Below the pieces are notes generated by a model. That model searched no databases. It was not told where the DNA came from and was given only the letters and a program-made list of their open reading frames with translations. 64,000 nucleotides of DNA, taken from positions 49,053 to 113,052 of the forward strand of contig JBILKR010000004.1 in assembly GCA_044376575.1 (NCBI GenBank), in the 5' to 3' direction. Origin of the DNA: Flavobacteriales bacterium (GTDB lineage: Bacteria > Bacteroidota > Bacteroidia > CAIKAF01). This document shows positions 27,187-38,935 of this stretch, in pieces. The first letter of the stretch is position 1; each line of letters opens with the position of its first letter. The position numbers were made by a program, and so were the translations under genes.

Positions 27187-29898
27187 ATGTCTGAAAATAA
27201 AGTGTTGAGATTAAGTAAAGTGGCCAAGGAGCTGAATGTGGGAATTTCTACAATTGTAGAATTTCTTGCCAAGCACGGCCATGCCATTGAGTCCAATCCG
27301 AATACCAAGGTGGATGAAACTCAATACGAGTTACTTCTTAAGGAATTTTTGGGTGAAAAACTGGTAAAGGAAAAATCACAAAAAGTTGAGGCTATACCAA
27401 GCAAGAGAGAGGCAGTAAGTATTGAAGAAAAGCCAAAAGAAGAGAAAAAACCTGTAGAGGAAATTCCACGTGAAGTACTAATAAAGGATGTTTCTCTTAC
27501 ATCTGAAGAGGAGAAAAGCAAGACTTCACCTGAATTAAAAGTGTTAGGTAAAATTGAACTGGGAACGAAAAAGAAGACCAAAGAAAAACCGGAAACACCC
27601 GCTGAAGAACCCGCCCCTAAGACTAATAAAAAATCTGAAGTTGCTCCTGCTCCAAAAGTTGAAGAAGCAGTTGAAATCAAGAAAGAGATTGAAGACGTAA
27701 AAGAAGTAAAAGCAGAACCGGCTGCAGAGAAGGAAGAAGAGGTCATCAGGGCACAGATTAAAAAATTAGATGGTCCAACCATTTTGGGTAAAATAGAATT
27801 ACCCAAGGAAATGGCTAAAAACTCACTCGCTGATTTACACAAGGAACATGTAAAGAGCGAAAAGAAAAAAAGACAACGCATTAAAGGTGATGTTGGTAAG
27901 AAAGTAGATACTCAACAGGTAGGTCAGCGTGACTTTAAAAAAGATAACAAAGGGAAGGATCAAAGAAAAGGTGCACCTGTAGTTAAAAAAGCAGAGTTAA
28001 CTGAAGAAGATATCCAAAAGCAGGTGAAGGAAACGCTCGCAAGACTAAGTGAACGTACAAAATCAAAATCTGTAAAACTTAGAAAACAAAAGCGTGAAGA
28101 AATTCGCGAAAAACTCGAAGTAGAAGCTTTACGTGCTGAAGAAGATAAGAAAGTTCTGAAAGTAACGGAATTCGTTTCTGCCAACGAACTTGCACAAATG
28201 ATGAACGTATCTGTAACAGAAGTTATTTCTGCGTGCATGAGTCTGGGTTTATTTGTATCCATCAATCAGCGTCTTGATGCAGAAAATATTTCTATCATAG
28301 CCGAAGAATTTGGATACACGACAAACTTCGTTTCAGCTGATATTCAAGAGGCAATAGAAGAAGAGGAAGATGATCCGAAGGATCTGGTAGATCGTTCGCC
28401 TGTAGTAACCGTAATGGGACACGTAGATCATGGTAAAACATCTTTGCTTGACTACATTCGTAAGGCCAATGTAATTGCGGGTGAAGCAGGAGGAATCACA
28501 CAGCATATCGGTGCCTATGGAGTTGAACTTGAAAGTGGAAAACATATCACATTTATTGATACACCGGGTCACGAGGCATTTACGGCGATGCGTGCCCGCG
28601 GAGCACAGGTTACGGATGTAGCCATTATTGTAATTGCGGCGGATGACAGCGTGATGCCTCAAACTATAGAAGCAATCAACCACGCAAAAGCAGCGGGAGT
28701 ACCGATTGTTTTTGCCATCAACAAAATGGATAAGCCTGGTGCAAATTCTGATAAAATCAGAGAGGCACTGGCCAATATGAATATGCTTGTGGAAGAGTGG
28801 GGTGGTAAGTATCAGTGTCAGGAAGTATCAGCTAAGTTCGGAAAAAATATCGATGTGTTACTGGATAAAGTATTGTTGGAAGCGGATATGTTACAATTGA
28901 AAGCAAATCCTAAACGACATGCATCAGGAACTGTCATCGAAGCTCAGTTAGATAAAGGAAGAGGATATATTACTACCATATTGGTGCAAAACGGAACCTT
29001 GCACATGGGTGATGTAATGCTCGCCGGTCCATACAGCGGTAGAGTAAAAGCCATGTATAATGAACGCGGAGGAAAGATTGATGAAGCTGGTCCGGGTGTT
29101 CCGGTTCGTGTGCTTGGACTTTCAGGCGCTCCTCAGTCAGGTGATAAGTTTAACGTTATGGATGATGAACGCGAAGCGCGTGATATAGCATCCAGACGTT
29201 TACAACTGCAACGTGAACAGGGAATGCGTGCGAAGAAACATATTACATTGGATGAAATCGGAAGACGTATTGCTATCGGTGACTTCCAGCAATTGAACAT
29301 ATTGATTAAAGGTGATACTGATGGTTCGATAGAGGCCTTAACAGATGCATTGCTGAAACTTTCTACTGAAAAGATTCAGGTGAATATCATTCACAAAGCT
29401 GTAGGTGCGATCAGCGAATCGGATGTACTTCTAGCTTCTGCTTCTGATGCCATCATCGTTGGATTTAATGTTCGTCCTTCTGTAAATGCACGTAAACTTG
29501 CAGAAAAAGAAGAGATTGATATTCGTCATTACTCAATCATTTATCAGGCCATTGAAGAAGTGAAAGCGGCGATGGAAGGAATGCTTGCGCCTGAATTTGA
29601 AGAGAAGGTGACCGGTAACGTTGAAATCAGAGAAGTATTCAATATTTCAAAAGTGGGAACCATTGCAGGTTGCTACGTTACGGATGGAAAAATATTTAGA
29701 AATTCTAAAATTCGAATCATACGTGAAGGTATCGTCATACATACTGGAAAACTATCATCACTCAAGCGTTTCAAAGACGATGTGAAGGATGTGGCTTATG
29801 GTTATGAATGCGGACTTTCTATTGATAAATTCGATGCTATTCAGGTTGGTGATATCATTGAAGCATACGAAGAAATTCAGGTGAAAGCCAAATTGTAA
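27187..29898 (+). CDS. infB: Translation initiation factor IF-2
   Basis: MGHVDHGKTSLLD, GGITQHIGAY, DTPGHEAF, NKMD. Confidence 0.99.
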   Translation: MSENKVLRLSKVAKELNVGISTIVEFLAKHGHAIESNPNTKVDETQYELLLKEFLGEKLVKEKSQKVEAIPSKREAVSIEEKPKEEKKPVEEIPREVLIKDVSLTSEEEKSKTSPELKVLGKIELGTKKKTKEKPETPAEEPAPKTNKKSEVAPAPKVEEAVEIKKEIEDVKEVKAEPAAEKEEEVIRAQIKKLDGPTILGKIELPKEMAKNSLADLHKEHVKSEKKKRQRIKGDVGKKVDTQQVGQRDFKKDNKGKDQRKGAPVVKKAELTEEDIQKQVKETLARLSERTKSKSVKLRKQKREEIREKLEVEALRAEEDKKVLKVTEFVSANELAQMMNVSVTEVISACMSLGLFVSINQRLDAENISIIAEEFGYTTNFVSADIQEAIEEEEDDPKDLVDRSPVVTVMGHVDHGKTSLLDYIRKANVIAGEAGGITQHIGAYGVELESGKHITFIDTPGHEAFTAMRARGAQVTDVAIIVIAADDSVMPQTIEAINHAKAAGVPIVFAINKMDKPGANSDKIREALANMNMLVEEWGGKYQCQEVSAKFGKNIDVLLDKVLLEADMLQLKANPKRHASGTVIEAQLDKGRGYITTILVQNGTLHMGDVMLAGPYSGRVKAMYNERGGKIDEAGPGVPVRVLGLSGAPQSGDKFNVMDDEREARDIASRRLQLQREQGMRAKKHITLDEIGRRIAIGDFQQLNILIKGDTDGSIEALTDALLKLSTEKIQVNIIHKAVGAISESDVLLASASDAIIVGFNVRPSVNARKLAEKEEIDIRHYSIIYQAIEEVKAAMEGMLAPEFEEKVTGNVEIREVFNISKVGTIAGCYVTDGKIFRNSKIRIIREGIVIHTGKLSSLKRFKDDVKDVAYGYECGLSIDKFDAIQVGDIIEAYEEIQVKAKL

Positions 29899-29903
29899 TT
29901 CAA

Positions 29904-30587
29904 TTACTTTTTAAGGTAAGCATTGATTGCTGCGTGGCCTGCATAAATCATAGGTGTCATGGCAATAGCAATCATTAATTTTGCGATGTATCCGGTGGAA
30001 GCCATATTCAGATATTCTGACAATGTAATTTTTCCGGGTAACCAGAAAGCAATACCAGCTACGATAAATGTATCGATAAGTTGAGATATAACTGTTGAAC
30101 CGGTAGCGCGTAACCATATCATTTTTCCCTGAGTAAGATTTTTGAAAAACCAGAAAATCATTACATCCGTTAATTGTGAAATCACAAATGCGGTTACACT
30201 TCCAATAATAATCCACATCGATTGTCCGAACACTGCGGTGAACTGATCATCCTTTACCGGAGAAAATCCTACTGCAGGAATATGCATGCCGATAAACAAA
30301 ATCAGAAATGCATAAATTATTAAACCGGTTGTAATAAAAGTCAGTTTGCGCACTCCTTCTTTACCAAAATGTTCATTGATTAAATCGGTGATAATAAACA
30401 CCACGGGCCATGGAATAATACCAATGCTCATCACAAAAGGACCAATTTGAAAATTACTAGATCCTGTATTCAACATAAATGGTCCCAACTCTATCAGTTT
30501 TCCACCAATCAATTCTGCAACTACTGCGTTGGTAATAAAAAAACCGGCAAGCAGAATAAATACTGTATCTTTTCTCGATTGAAGCAT
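29904..30587 (-). CDS. Queuosine precursor transporter (YhhQ/VUT family)
   Basis: P..F...D...E.FG, S..AF..SQ..D, W.R...ST..SQ.IDT. Confidence 0.88.
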   Translation of the reverse strand: MLQSRKDTVFILLAGFFITNAVVAELIGGKLIELGPFMLNTGSSNFQIGPFVMSIGIIPWPVVFIITDLINEHFGKEGVRKLTFITTGLIIYAFLILFIGMHIPAVGFSPVKDDQFTAVFGQSMWIIIGSVTAFVISQLTDVMIFWFFKNLTQGKMIWLRATGSTVISQLIDTFIVAGIAFWLPGKITLSEYLNMASTGYIAKLMIAIAMTPMIYAGHAAINAYLKK

Positions 30588-30658
30588 ACTTCAAATCTAT
30601 CATTTTATTTTCATGAATATCATCAACTTCAATTATATTAGCATTATAATTGAAACCA

Positions 30659-31741
30659 ATGAAAAAAGCATTAATCACAGGAATCACCGGACAAGATGGT
30701 GCATATTTAGCGGAGTTCCTGCTGAAAAAGGGATACATTGTACACGGAATTAAAAGACGTTCATCATTATTTAATACAGGGCGCATAGATCACTTGTATG
30801 TTGACCCGCATATTGATAACCGTAATTTTATTTTACACTACGGTGATTTGTCTGATTCATCCAATTTAATACGAATTGTTCAGGAAGTGCAACCGGATGA
30901 AATTTATAATCTGGGTGCTATGAGCCATGTAAAGGTGAGTTTTGAAGAGCCTGAATATACAGCAAATGTTGATGGTTTAGGTGCATTGCGATTACTGGAA
31001 GCCATCAGGTTACTTGGGTTAACAAAAAAAACAAAGTTTTATCAGGCATCTACATCTGAACTCTACGGATTGGTTCAGGAAGTTCCTCAAAAAGAAACCA
31101 CACCTTTTTATCCACGTAGTCCTTATGCTGTTGCAAAACTTTATGCATACTGGATCACTATAAATTATCGCGAGGCTTATCAGATGTTTGCAGTGAATGG
31201 AATTTTATTTAATCACGAATCACCTGTACGTGGCGAAACCTTTGTAACAAGAAAAGTTACACGTGGTGTAGCTGAAATTGGGTTAGGACTGAAAGATGCT
31301 TTATACGTGGGGAATCTGGATGCCAAGCGCGATTGGGGACATGCAAAAGATTATGTGGAAATGATGTGGATGATGATGCAACAGCAAAATCCGGAAGACT
31401 ATGTTGTGGCCACAGGAGTAACACGCAGCATACGTGATTTAATCATCGAGTCATTTAAAAATATTGGTGTTTCAATTGCTTTTAAAGGCGAAGGGTTAAA
31501 TGAAGTTGGATATGTTGTTGCTTCATCAATGGATCAATATCAATTGCCGGTGGGAAAGGAAGTGATCAAAATTGATGCGAATTATTTCCGTCCTACTGAG
31601 GTAGATTTGTTAATAGGTGATGCTTCAAAAGCATATAAAAATCTGGGCTGGAAACCAAAGTATTCTTTTGAAGAGATGATCAATGAAATGGTTGCCTCTG
31701 ATATTGAACATTTCAGAAAAGAGAAAAGAGCCAATGGATAA
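30659..31741 (+). CDS. gmd: GDP-mannose 4,6-dehydratase
   Basis: [39 protein letters not shown]. Confidence 0.98.
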   Translation: MKKALITGITGQDGAYLAEFLLKKGYIVHGIKRRSSLFNTGRIDHLYVDPHIDNRNFILHYGDLSDSSNLIRIVQEVQPDEIYNLGAMSHVKVSFEEPEYTANVDGLGALRLLEAIRLLGLTKKTKFYQASTSELYGLVQEVPQKETTPFYPRSPYAVAKLYAYWITINYREAYQMFAVNGILFNHESPVRGETFVTRKVTRGVAEIGLGLKDALYVGNLDAKRDWGHAKDYVEMMWMMMQQQNPEDYVVATGVTRSIRDLIIESFKNIGVSIAFKGEGLNEVGYVVASSMDQYQLPVGKEVIKIDANYFRPTEVDLLIGDASKAYKNLGWKPKYSFEEMINEMVASDIEHFRKEKRANG

Positions 31742-32660
31742 ATCATCACGAATATATATTGCAGGGCATAGAGGAATGGTCGGTTCTGCAATTTTCAGAA
31801 AATTGCAAAACGAAGGGTTTCAGCATCTCATCACGCGTACCCATTCAGAACTTGATTTGACAAATCAACAGCAGGTTGCAGATTTTTTTGAAAATGAAAA
31901 ACCGGAATATGTTTTTCTTGCGGCAGCAAAAGTAGGAGGAATACTTGCCAATAATAATTACAGGGCTGAATTTTTATACGACAACCTCATGATTGAATCT
32001 AATGTAATTCATCAATCATATATTCATCAGGTTAATAAATTATTGTTTCTGGGTTCATCATGTATTTATCCAAAGCTTGCTCCACAACCGCTGAAAGAAG
32101 AATACCTGTTAACAGGTGCACTCGAATATACCAACGAACCCTATGCAATAGCAAAAATTGCAGGTATAAAACTTTGTGAAAACTACCGCAAGCAGTATGG
32201 CTGTAATTTTATATCTGCTATGCCTACCAATCTATATGGTCCGAATGATAATTATGATTTGAATAATTCTCATGTACTGCCTGCATTAATCAGAAAATTC
32301 CATGAAGCAAAAACAAATCGGATATCATCGGTAGAAATTTGGGGAACAGGTTCTCCATTGCGCGAATTCTTACATGTAGATGATTTGGCTGATGCATGTG
32401 TACATCTCATGGAAAATTACAATGAAGAATTATTTGTGAATGTCGGATCAGGTGAAGAAATATCAATTCGTGACCTCGCATTAATGATTAAAGAAATAGT
32501 TGGATTTGAAGGGGAACTAAAAATGGATACTTCCAAACCCGATGGCACACCAAGAAAACTGATGGACAACAGCAAAATGTTTTCGATGGGCTGGAAACCT
32601 AAGTATTCATTAAAAGAAGGAATTGCTAAAGTTTACGAAGAAAAAAGATTTTCATTGTAA
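31734..32660 (+). CDS. fcl: GDP-L-fucose synthase
   Basis: [41 protein letters not shown]. Start set at ATG 31734. Confidence 0.97.
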   Translation: MDKSSRIYIAGHRGMVGSAIFRKLQNEGFQHLITRTHSELDLTNQQQVADFFENEKPEYVFLAAAKVGGILANNNYRAEFLYDNLMIESNVIHQSYIHQVNKLLFLGSSCIYPKLAPQPLKEEYLLTGALEYTNEPYAIAKIAGIKLCENYRKQYGCNFISAMPTNLYGPNDNYDLNNSHVLPALIRKFHEAKTNRISSVEIWGTGSPLREFLHVDDLADACVHLMENYNEELFVNVGSGEEISIRDLALMIKEIVGFEGELKMDTSKPDGTPRKLMDNSKMFSMGWKPKYSLKEGIAKVYEEKRFSL

Positions 32661-32733
32661 ATATTTATCGTGACAATAGTCACTGCAATAAAATTTATAG
32701 CAGACTATTTTTGTGTTTAAATTTTATCATCCT

Positions 32734-33033
32734 ATGAAGTCATTTCAAGAAATAATTAATGATGAGAAGCCTGTACTGGTTGATTTCTCAGCAGAGTGGT
32801 GTGGACCATGTAAAATGATGGCTCCGATTTTAAAAGAGTTAGCCGGAAATATCGGTGATCAGGTAAGCATCATTAAAGTAGATGTTGACCGCAATCCACA
32901 AGTGTCTGCACAATATCGTATTCAGGGAGTACCTACATTGATTTTATTTCATAAGGGAAATATTCTTTGGCGACAATCGGGTGTAATTCCTACTCATCAA
33001 CTGGAACAAATTATTAAACAACACATCAATTAA
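32734..33033 (+). CDS. trxA: Thioredoxin
   Basis: [15 protein letters not shown]. Confidence 0.95.
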   Translation: MKSFQEIINDEKPVLVDFSAEWCGPCKMMAPILKELAGNIGDQVSIIKVDVDRNPQVSAQYRIQGVPTLILFHKGNILWRQSGVIPTHQLEQIIKQHIN

Positions 33034-33037
33034 ATTA

Positions 33038-33457
33038 ATGGCAACGCATCAGGTAAGTTTATTATGGAAAGGTAATATGATGTTTGACACTGAAGTGAAT
33101 GGTCATACAATTCGTCTGGATGCCAATACTGATGACGGTGGCGCAAATACAGGTCCTCGTCCCAAGCCCTTGATGCTGGATGCATTTGCAGGTTGTACAG
33201 CGATGGATGTGATTTCGTTGTTAGATAAAATGAAAGTTAATTACGCCGGATTACAAATTGATGTTTCGGGTGAACTTACAGATGAACATCCTAAAATATA
33301 TCACAAAGTTCATGTGATATATATGATAAACGCAAATGAAGAAGAGGATGATAAAATACGTAAAGCTGTCGCATTATCACAGGATAAATACTGCGGCGTA
33401 AGTGCTATGTTCAGAGCATTTGCAGAAGTGTCATGGGAAATAAAATATGTAAAATAG
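33038..33457 (+). CDS. OsmC/YhfA family protein
   Basis: G.RP..L....AGCT..DV, LS..KYC.VS. Confidence 0.9.
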   Translation: MATHQVSLLWKGNMMFDTEVNGHTIRLDANTDDGGANTGPRPKPLMLDAFAGCTAMDVISLLDKMKVNYAGLQIDVSGELTDEHPKIYHKVHVIYMINANEEEDDKIRKAVALSQDKYCGVSAMFRAFAEVSWEIKYVK

Positions 33458-33516
33458 ATTTTTAGTTGAACTTGATTCAACTTAGCAGAGCACCTTCCTG
33501 ATGTAAAAAAAGAAGA

Positions 33517-34965
33517 TTAAAAATCAGCACTCTTGGGTGTGCGTGGAAATGGAATTACATCTCTCACGTTAGTCATACCGGTAACAAATAACAACAAGCG
33601 TTCAAACCCTAATCCGTATCCGGCATGTTTTGCAGTTCCAAACTTACGCGTATCTAAATACCACCATAATTCATGTTCAGGAATATGCATTTCACGCATG
33701 CGGTTCATCAGTTTATCTAAACGCTCTTCACGTTGTGAACCTCCCACAATTTCTCCGATTCCGGGGAATAATATATCCATGGCTCTCACTGTTTTCCCAT
33801 CGTCATTCTGACGCATATAGAAAGCTTTTATGTCTTTTGGATAATCAGTTAATATTACCGGTTTCTTGAAATGTTTTTCTACAAGGTAACGTTCATGCTC
33901 GCTTTGTAAATCTGTTCCCCAACCCTGAATTGGATACTGGAATTTTTTTTCTTTATTAGGTTTTGATCTTTCAAGTATTTCTATGGCTTCTGTATATGTA
34001 ATTCTTTCAAATGAATTGCTGACAATAAATTGAAGACGCTCTATTAAACTCATTTCACTGCGTTCTTCTTTCTTTTTATTTTTTTCTTCGTCCAGTGCCC
34101 GCTGATTTAAAAATGCCAGATCATCGGCACAGTGATCAAGTGCATGTTGAACCAAGTATTTTAAATTTGCTTCTGCCAGATCCATATTGTCATTCAGGTC
34201 TGCAAAGGCCACTTCAGGTTCAATCATCCAGAACTCTGCGAGGTGACGTGTAGTATTTGAATTTTCTGCACGAAACGTAGGTCCAAATGTATATACCTTA
34301 CCTAAAGCCATAGCCGCCAATTCGGCTTCCAGTTGTCCTGATACGGTTAGGTTACTTTGTCTTCCAAAAAAGTCTTCTTTAAAATCTACTTCACCGTTTT
34401 CATTTAAGGGTGGATTTTTTGCATCCAGCACTGATACCCTAAACATTTCTCCTGCACCTTCTGCGTCACTCGCCGTGATAATTGGTGTATGAATATTATA
34501 AAAACCACGTTCATGAAAAAAAGTATGCATTGCATACGTCATTGCATGACGGATTCTGAAAACTGCACTGAAAGTATTGGTGCGAAAACGAAGGTGAGCC
34601 ATTTCTCTTAAGAACTCCAATGAGTGGGCCTTGGGTTGCAATGGGTATACATCTCCTTTTGTAATATCAGCTTCAGCATCACCTAATATTTCAAGTTGAT
34701 CAACCAAAACTTCCACCCGTTGTCCTTTACCTTGTGATTCTATTAACTTGCCTGTTACCTGTATGCATGCACCTGTTGTAATTCTTTTAAGGGTTGCTTC
34801 ATCCATTTTTTCAAAATCAACCACACACTGCAAATTGTGTATGGTGCTGCCATCATTTAAAGCGATGAACCGGTTGCTGCGAAATGTTTTAACCCATCCC
34901 AATACCTGAACGTTAATGCCAGGTTCTACTTCGTTAAGCAATGATTTTATGGTATAGCGATTCAT
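33517..34965 (-). CDS. asnS: Asparagine--tRNA ligase
   Basis: [41 protein letters not shown]. Confidence 0.98.
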   Translation of the reverse strand: MNRYTIKSLLNEVEPGINVQVLGWVKTFRSNRFIALNDGSTIHNLQCVVDFEKMDEATLKRITTGACIQVTGKLIESQGKGQRVEVLVDQLEILGDAEADITKGDVYPLQPKAHSLEFLREMAHLRFRTNTFSAVFRIRHAMTYAMHTFFHERGFYNIHTPIITASDAEGAGEMFRVSVLDAKNPPLNENGEVDFKEDFFGRQSNLTVSGQLEAELAAMALGKVYTFGPTFRAENSNTTRHLAEFWMIEPEVAFADLNDNMDLAEANLKYLVQHALDHCADDLAFLNQRALDEEKNKKKEERSEMSLIERLQFIVSNSFERITYTEAIEILERSKPNKEKKFQYPIQGWGTDLQSEHERYLVEKHFKKPVILTDYPKDIKAFYMRQNDDGKTVRAMDILFPGIGEIVGGSQREERLDKLMNRMREMHIPEHELWWYLDTRKFGTAKHAGYGLGFERLLLFVTGMTNVRDVIPFPRTPKSADF

Positions 34966-35029
34966 GTTTTTTACTTTATTGAACAAAAATAGTAATTCTA
35001 TTTATAGCTGAACAGATTGTATTAAAATG

Positions 35030-35057
35030 AAAAAGCCATACTACATGTATGGCTTTT
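35030..35057 (-). terminator. Intrinsic terminator after sucD
   Basis: AAAAGCCATAC-TACAT-GTATGGCTTTT. Confidence 0.75.
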
Positions 35058-35077
35058 CATTGTATGAATATTAAAAC

Positions 35078-35950
35078 TTATTTATTTAAAACTTTTGCTA
35101 CAGTTTCACCAATGATAGCTGGTGAATCAACTACATGAATGCCACACTCACGCATGATTTTCATTTTTGCAGCGGCAGTATCATCTGCTCCGCCAACAAT
35201 AGCACCGGCGTGTCCCATTCTTCTTCCGGGAGGCGCTGTTTGTCCGGCAATAAATCCAATCACAGGTTTTGTTCCGTTCTCTTTAATCCAGTGGGCCGCC
35301 TCAGCTTCCATTCCGCCACCGATTTCTCCGATCATTACAATGGCATCTGTGTCGGGATCATTCATAAATAATTCAACGGCTTCTTTAGTTGTTGTTCCAA
35401 TGATAGGGTCTCCGCCAATACCAATGGCCGTTGTAATTCCCATTCCGGCTTTTACAACCTGATCAGCAGCTTCGTATGTTAGTGTTCCAGATTTAGAAAC
35501 AATACCAATTCTTCCTTGCTTAAAAATAAATCCTGGCATGATTCCTACCTTGGCTTCTCCGGCGGTAATTACACCCGGACAATTAGGACCAATCAAACGA
35601 CAGGTTTTATCTTTTAAATATTCTTTTACCTGAATCATATCCTTTGTAGGAATTCCTTCAGTGATACAAACAATAACCTTAATACCTGCTTCTGCTGCTT
35701 CCATGATGGCATCTGCAGCAAATGCCGGTGGAACAAAGATGATGGATACATCAGCACCTGTTTCTTTTACAGCATCAGCAACTGTGTTGAATACAGGCTT
35801 ATCTAAATGTTTTTGTCCTCCTTTGCCGGGAGTAACACCACCCACTACATTGGTTCCAAACTCAATCATCTGGGTAGCATGAAATGTTCCTTCATTTCCT
35901 GTAAAACCCTGTACAATAACCTTGGATGATTTATTTACTAATACGCTCAT
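35078..35950 (-). CDS. sucD: Succinyl-CoA synthetase alpha subunit
   Basis: [30 protein letters not shown]. Confidence 0.98.
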   Translation of the reverse strand: MSVLVNKSSKVIVQGFTGNEGTFHATQMIEFGTNVVGGVTPGKGGQKHLDKPVFNTVADAVKETGADVSIIFVPPAFAADAIMEAAEAGIKVIVCITEGIPTKDMIQVKEYLKDKTCRLIGPNCPGVITAGEAKVGIMPGFIFKQGRIGIVSKSGTLTYEAADQVVKAGMGITTAIGIGGDPIIGTTTKEAVELFMNDPDTDAIVMIGEIGGGMEAEAAHWIKENGTKPVIGFIAGQTAPPGRRMGHAGAIVGGADDTAAAKMKIMRECGIHVVDSPAIIGETVAKVLNK

Positions 35951-36137
35951 GTTCCGAATTTTTAATTGTGCGACGAAAATAACCAATCCTTGTTAATCCC
36001 CCAATTCAATACACTAAATTTCATTAACATATTATTAAAACCATCATCATTAGGAAAGAAACCAATATGGGAATTATTTTTTTATCTTTATGCAACGTTA
36101 TGAAAATCAGAGTACTCTTTTATTAATAAAGGAAACT

Positions 36138-37757
36138 ATGAAAAAAATAATTTACCTGTTTATTCTATGTCTAACATTATTTTTTCATCCTGTTACATTG
36201 ATTGCTCAATTTGCAGGCTTATATGCTTCTGATACCATCAACAGTGGAGTATCTCGTGATTTTGTGTATGATGTTGCCTTTGATAATGATGGTTATATTT
36301 ATGTCGTTGGCCAATCGGATAGAACTTTCCCCAATGACCCTGAAGTAAAATACCTAGGAACACTTTTGAAATTTTCACCATCCGGACAACTTGTAAAATC
36401 AATCAAAACAAGTTTTGAAGATATCAGGGCCATAAGATATGCTGAAGATGGAAATTTACTGGTGGCAGGTAGTGGCACAGGTCTGCTTTGCAATGGTGTA
36501 TGTAAAAAAGATCTATGGGTAGCAAAACTGGATACAGGTGGAAATGTTATCTGGGGCAGATCTTTCGGCAATCCTATAAATGATGGAAATGATATTGCAT
36601 GGACCATCAATGAATATATTACAGGAAATATTATTATTTCCGGTGAAGTTTATAATACATCTAATGGAACAAAATTATTTATTGCAACATTAAATCAGCA
36701 GGGAGATACCTTGTGGACAAGATTATATGGTACTTCAACTAATTGGCATCGAAGCACTGAGTTGGTGGTTGGCTCTACAGGCTATATTTACTCCGGAGGT
36801 GAGGGTGTGTTGGGTAATGGAATGTTGGTTACAAAATTATATGGCGATGGTGTAATTGCATGGACCAAGTCGTTTGCATATGCCGGTAAAGTGGTGAAAA
36901 TAATTGAACAGTCAAATGGTTCGTTAATACTTATCGGACAGCAAATTGTAAATAACGAATACTATATATCTGTAATGGATATTACTGAAACAGGAACAGT
37001 CAACTGGGCTAAGAATTATCAAATCATTAATAATGAGTATGAGCAGTTCGTATTTGATGCTGATCAAAAACTAAATGGTGATATTTATATCACCGGATAT
37101 TATTACAATGAGGTTAATTTTATTACACCAGGTAATAAACCTTTTATTTTAAAGATTGATGCTACGGGAAATGTTCAATGGTGTAGTCATTATACCGATA
37201 AGTATGGTGAAGGAAGGTTTGTCAGAGTTTTACCATCACAAAAAATGATTTGGGGTGGTATTTATATGGATTATTCTGATCCGTCAAGAATTAGTAAACA
37301 ACCTGAAAATTGGTTCATGCAGTTTAATGACCACGACTTAAATGCATGTTTTAATGATGTGCCGGTAAGTATAATTCCAGTGAATTATACTCCGGTTTCA
37401 AAATTTTTATCACGTTATTATGGATATACAACCAATGATCCTCAGCCATACATTAGTTATCTGGAGTTTTATAAAACTGATTTATGCGGCGACGCTATGC
37501 ATATTAATCATGAAGAGACTTCAATGGTAGAAATTATTCCTAATCCTTTTTCAAATTATATTATGATTCATCAAAACGATGATTTAAATTATCATACATT
37601 GGAAATATATAATCAAAACGGAAGTTTAATGATGAATTTATCAATTCATTCATCCACCACTTCAGTGGATCTTTCAATTCTGCCCGATGGTTTATACTTT
37701 GCGGCAATGATAGGTACAGAAATAAAAACCTTGAAAATATTGAAACAGGGAGAATAA
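36138..37757 (+). CDS. T9SS cargo protein with beta-propeller repeats
   Basis: Signal peptide, repeated K.D..G...W..... units, C-terminal PNPF...LPDGLYF...KILK. Start set at ATG 36138. Confidence 0.82.
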   Translation: MKKIIYLFILCLTLFFHPVTLIAQFAGLYASDTINSGVSRDFVYDVAFDNDGYIYVVGQSDRTFPNDPEVKYLGTLLKFSPSGQLVKSIKTSFEDIRAIRYAEDGNLLVAGSGTGLLCNGVCKKDLWVAKLDTGGNVIWGRSFGNPINDGNDIAWTINEYITGNIIISGEVYNTSNGTKLFIATLNQQGDTLWTRLYGTSTNWHRSTELVVGSTGYIYSGGEGVLGNGMLVTKLYGDGVIAWTKSFAYAGKVVKIIEQSNGSLILIGQQIVNNEYYISVMDITETGTVNWAKNYQIINNEYEQFVFDADQKLNGDIYITGYYYNEVNFITPGNKPFILKIDATGNVQWCSHYTDKYGEGRFVRVLPSQKMIWGGIYMDYSDPSRISKQPENWFMQFNDHDLNACFNDVPVSIIPVNYTPVSKFLSRYYGYTTNDPQPYISYLEFYKTDLCGDAMHINHEETSMVEIIPNPFSNYIMIHQNDDLNYHTLEIYNQNGSLMMNLSIHSSTTSVDLSILPDGLYFAAMIGTEIKTLKILKQGE

Positions 37758-37760
37758 CTC

Positions 37761-38858
37761 TTAATTCATCAATCCGATAAATTCATCAAACAGATACCTT
37801 GAATCATGCGGACCTGGAGATGCTTCCGGATGATACTGAACAGAAAATACAGGTTTGTTTTTTACGCGAATACCTGCAACCGTTCCGTCGTTCAAATGCT
37901 GATGCGTAATTTCAACTTCAGTTTGATTGGCCAGTGCTTTTTCATCCGCCACAAACCCATGATTCTGCGAAGTGATTTCTCCTTTACCGGTAATTTTATT
38001 TAGTATAGGATGATTGATTCCCCGGTGTCCTTTAAACATTTTATATGTCGGAATTCCCAGCGACCAGCAAAGTACCTGGTGACCCAGGCAAATGCCAAAA
38101 ACTTTCTTTTCGGATTCAATGAGTTTTTTTGCGAGTGAAATAATATTTGAAAGCGTTTCAGGATCTCCGGGACCGTTAGATAGCATATATCCGTCAGGAT
38201 TCCATTTTTCCATTTCTTCAAATGAAGTGTTCATAGGAAATACTTTGCAGTAGCAATCTCTTTCAGTAAGGCATGTTAAAATACTTTGCTTGATACCTAA
38301 ATCCAGCACAGCTACTTTATATTTTGCATTTTCATTTCCTATAAAATAGTGCTCACTAGTACTTACCTTAGATGAAAGTTCAAGGCCTTTCATGGAAGGT
38401 ACGTTGGATAATTTATCTTTTAACTTGTTGATGTCATTTTCCTCCGAAGAAATGATACAATTCATGGCTCCTTTGTTTCTTACATGTCTTACAAGTGCTC
38501 TTGTATCCACATCACTGATAGCAACAATATTATTTTTTTCAAAATATTCTTGTAAGGTTTCGTTGCTTTTTTTTCTGGAAGGATAATCCATAAAACTTTT
38601 GCAAACCAGTCCGGATATCTTAACGGAGTCAGATTCACGTTCTTCATCTAATACACCATAGTTTCCAATGTGTACATGTGTGGTTACAACAACTTGGCCA
38701 TAGTAGGAGGGATCGGTGAAAATTTCCTGATAACCCGTCATCCCGGTATTAAAACAAATTTCACCTGTAGTGGTTCCTTTTAAGCCGCAAGATCTTCCAT
38801 GAAAAACAGTTCCATCTTCTAGAACTAAAATGGCCGGAGATTTTAATTGAAATTGCAT
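37761..38858 (-). CDS. carA: Carbamoyl-phosphate synthase small subunit
   Basis: FNTGMTGYQE..TDPSY, SNGPGDP, GICLGHQ, QYHPE. Confidence 0.98.
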   Translation of the reverse strand: MQFQLKSPAILVLEDGTVFHGRSCGLKGTTTGEICFNTGMTGYQEIFTDPSYYGQVVVTTHVHIGNYGVLDEERESDSVKISGLVCKSFMDYPSRKKSNETLQEYFEKNNIVAISDVDTRALVRHVRNKGAMNCIISSEENDINKLKDKLSNVPSMKGLELSSKVSTSEHYFIGNENAKYKVAVLDLGIKQSILTCLTERDCYCKVFPMNTSFEEMEKWNPDGYMLSNGPGDPETLSNIISLAKKLIESEKKVFGICLGHQVLCWSLGIPTYKMFKGHRGINHPILNKITGKGEITSQNHGFVADEKALANQTEVEITHQHLNDGTVAGIRVKNKPVFSVQYHPEASPGPHDSRYLFDEFIGLMN

Positions 38859-38935
38859 GGGAAAATTTTGAGTTCAAAAATAATCCTAATCTTACAGCAA
38901 TGATGAGCAATGTTAATAAGTGATGAAAAATTACA

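Noticed and set aside
27321-28683. Long antisense ORFs in infB (also in nusA, sucD, accA, accC and glyA)
   Set aside because: Shadow frames of biased, highly expressed genes.
30588-30650. preQ1 riboswitch upstream of the queuosine precursor transporter
   Set aside because: No aptamer motif seen, and a -7 promoter box sits 4 nt from the ATG.
33465-33483. AGTTGAA-CTTGA-TTCAACT hairpin between the osmC-like gene and asnS
   Set aside because: Weak AT-rich stem without a clear U-tract; not supportable as a feature.
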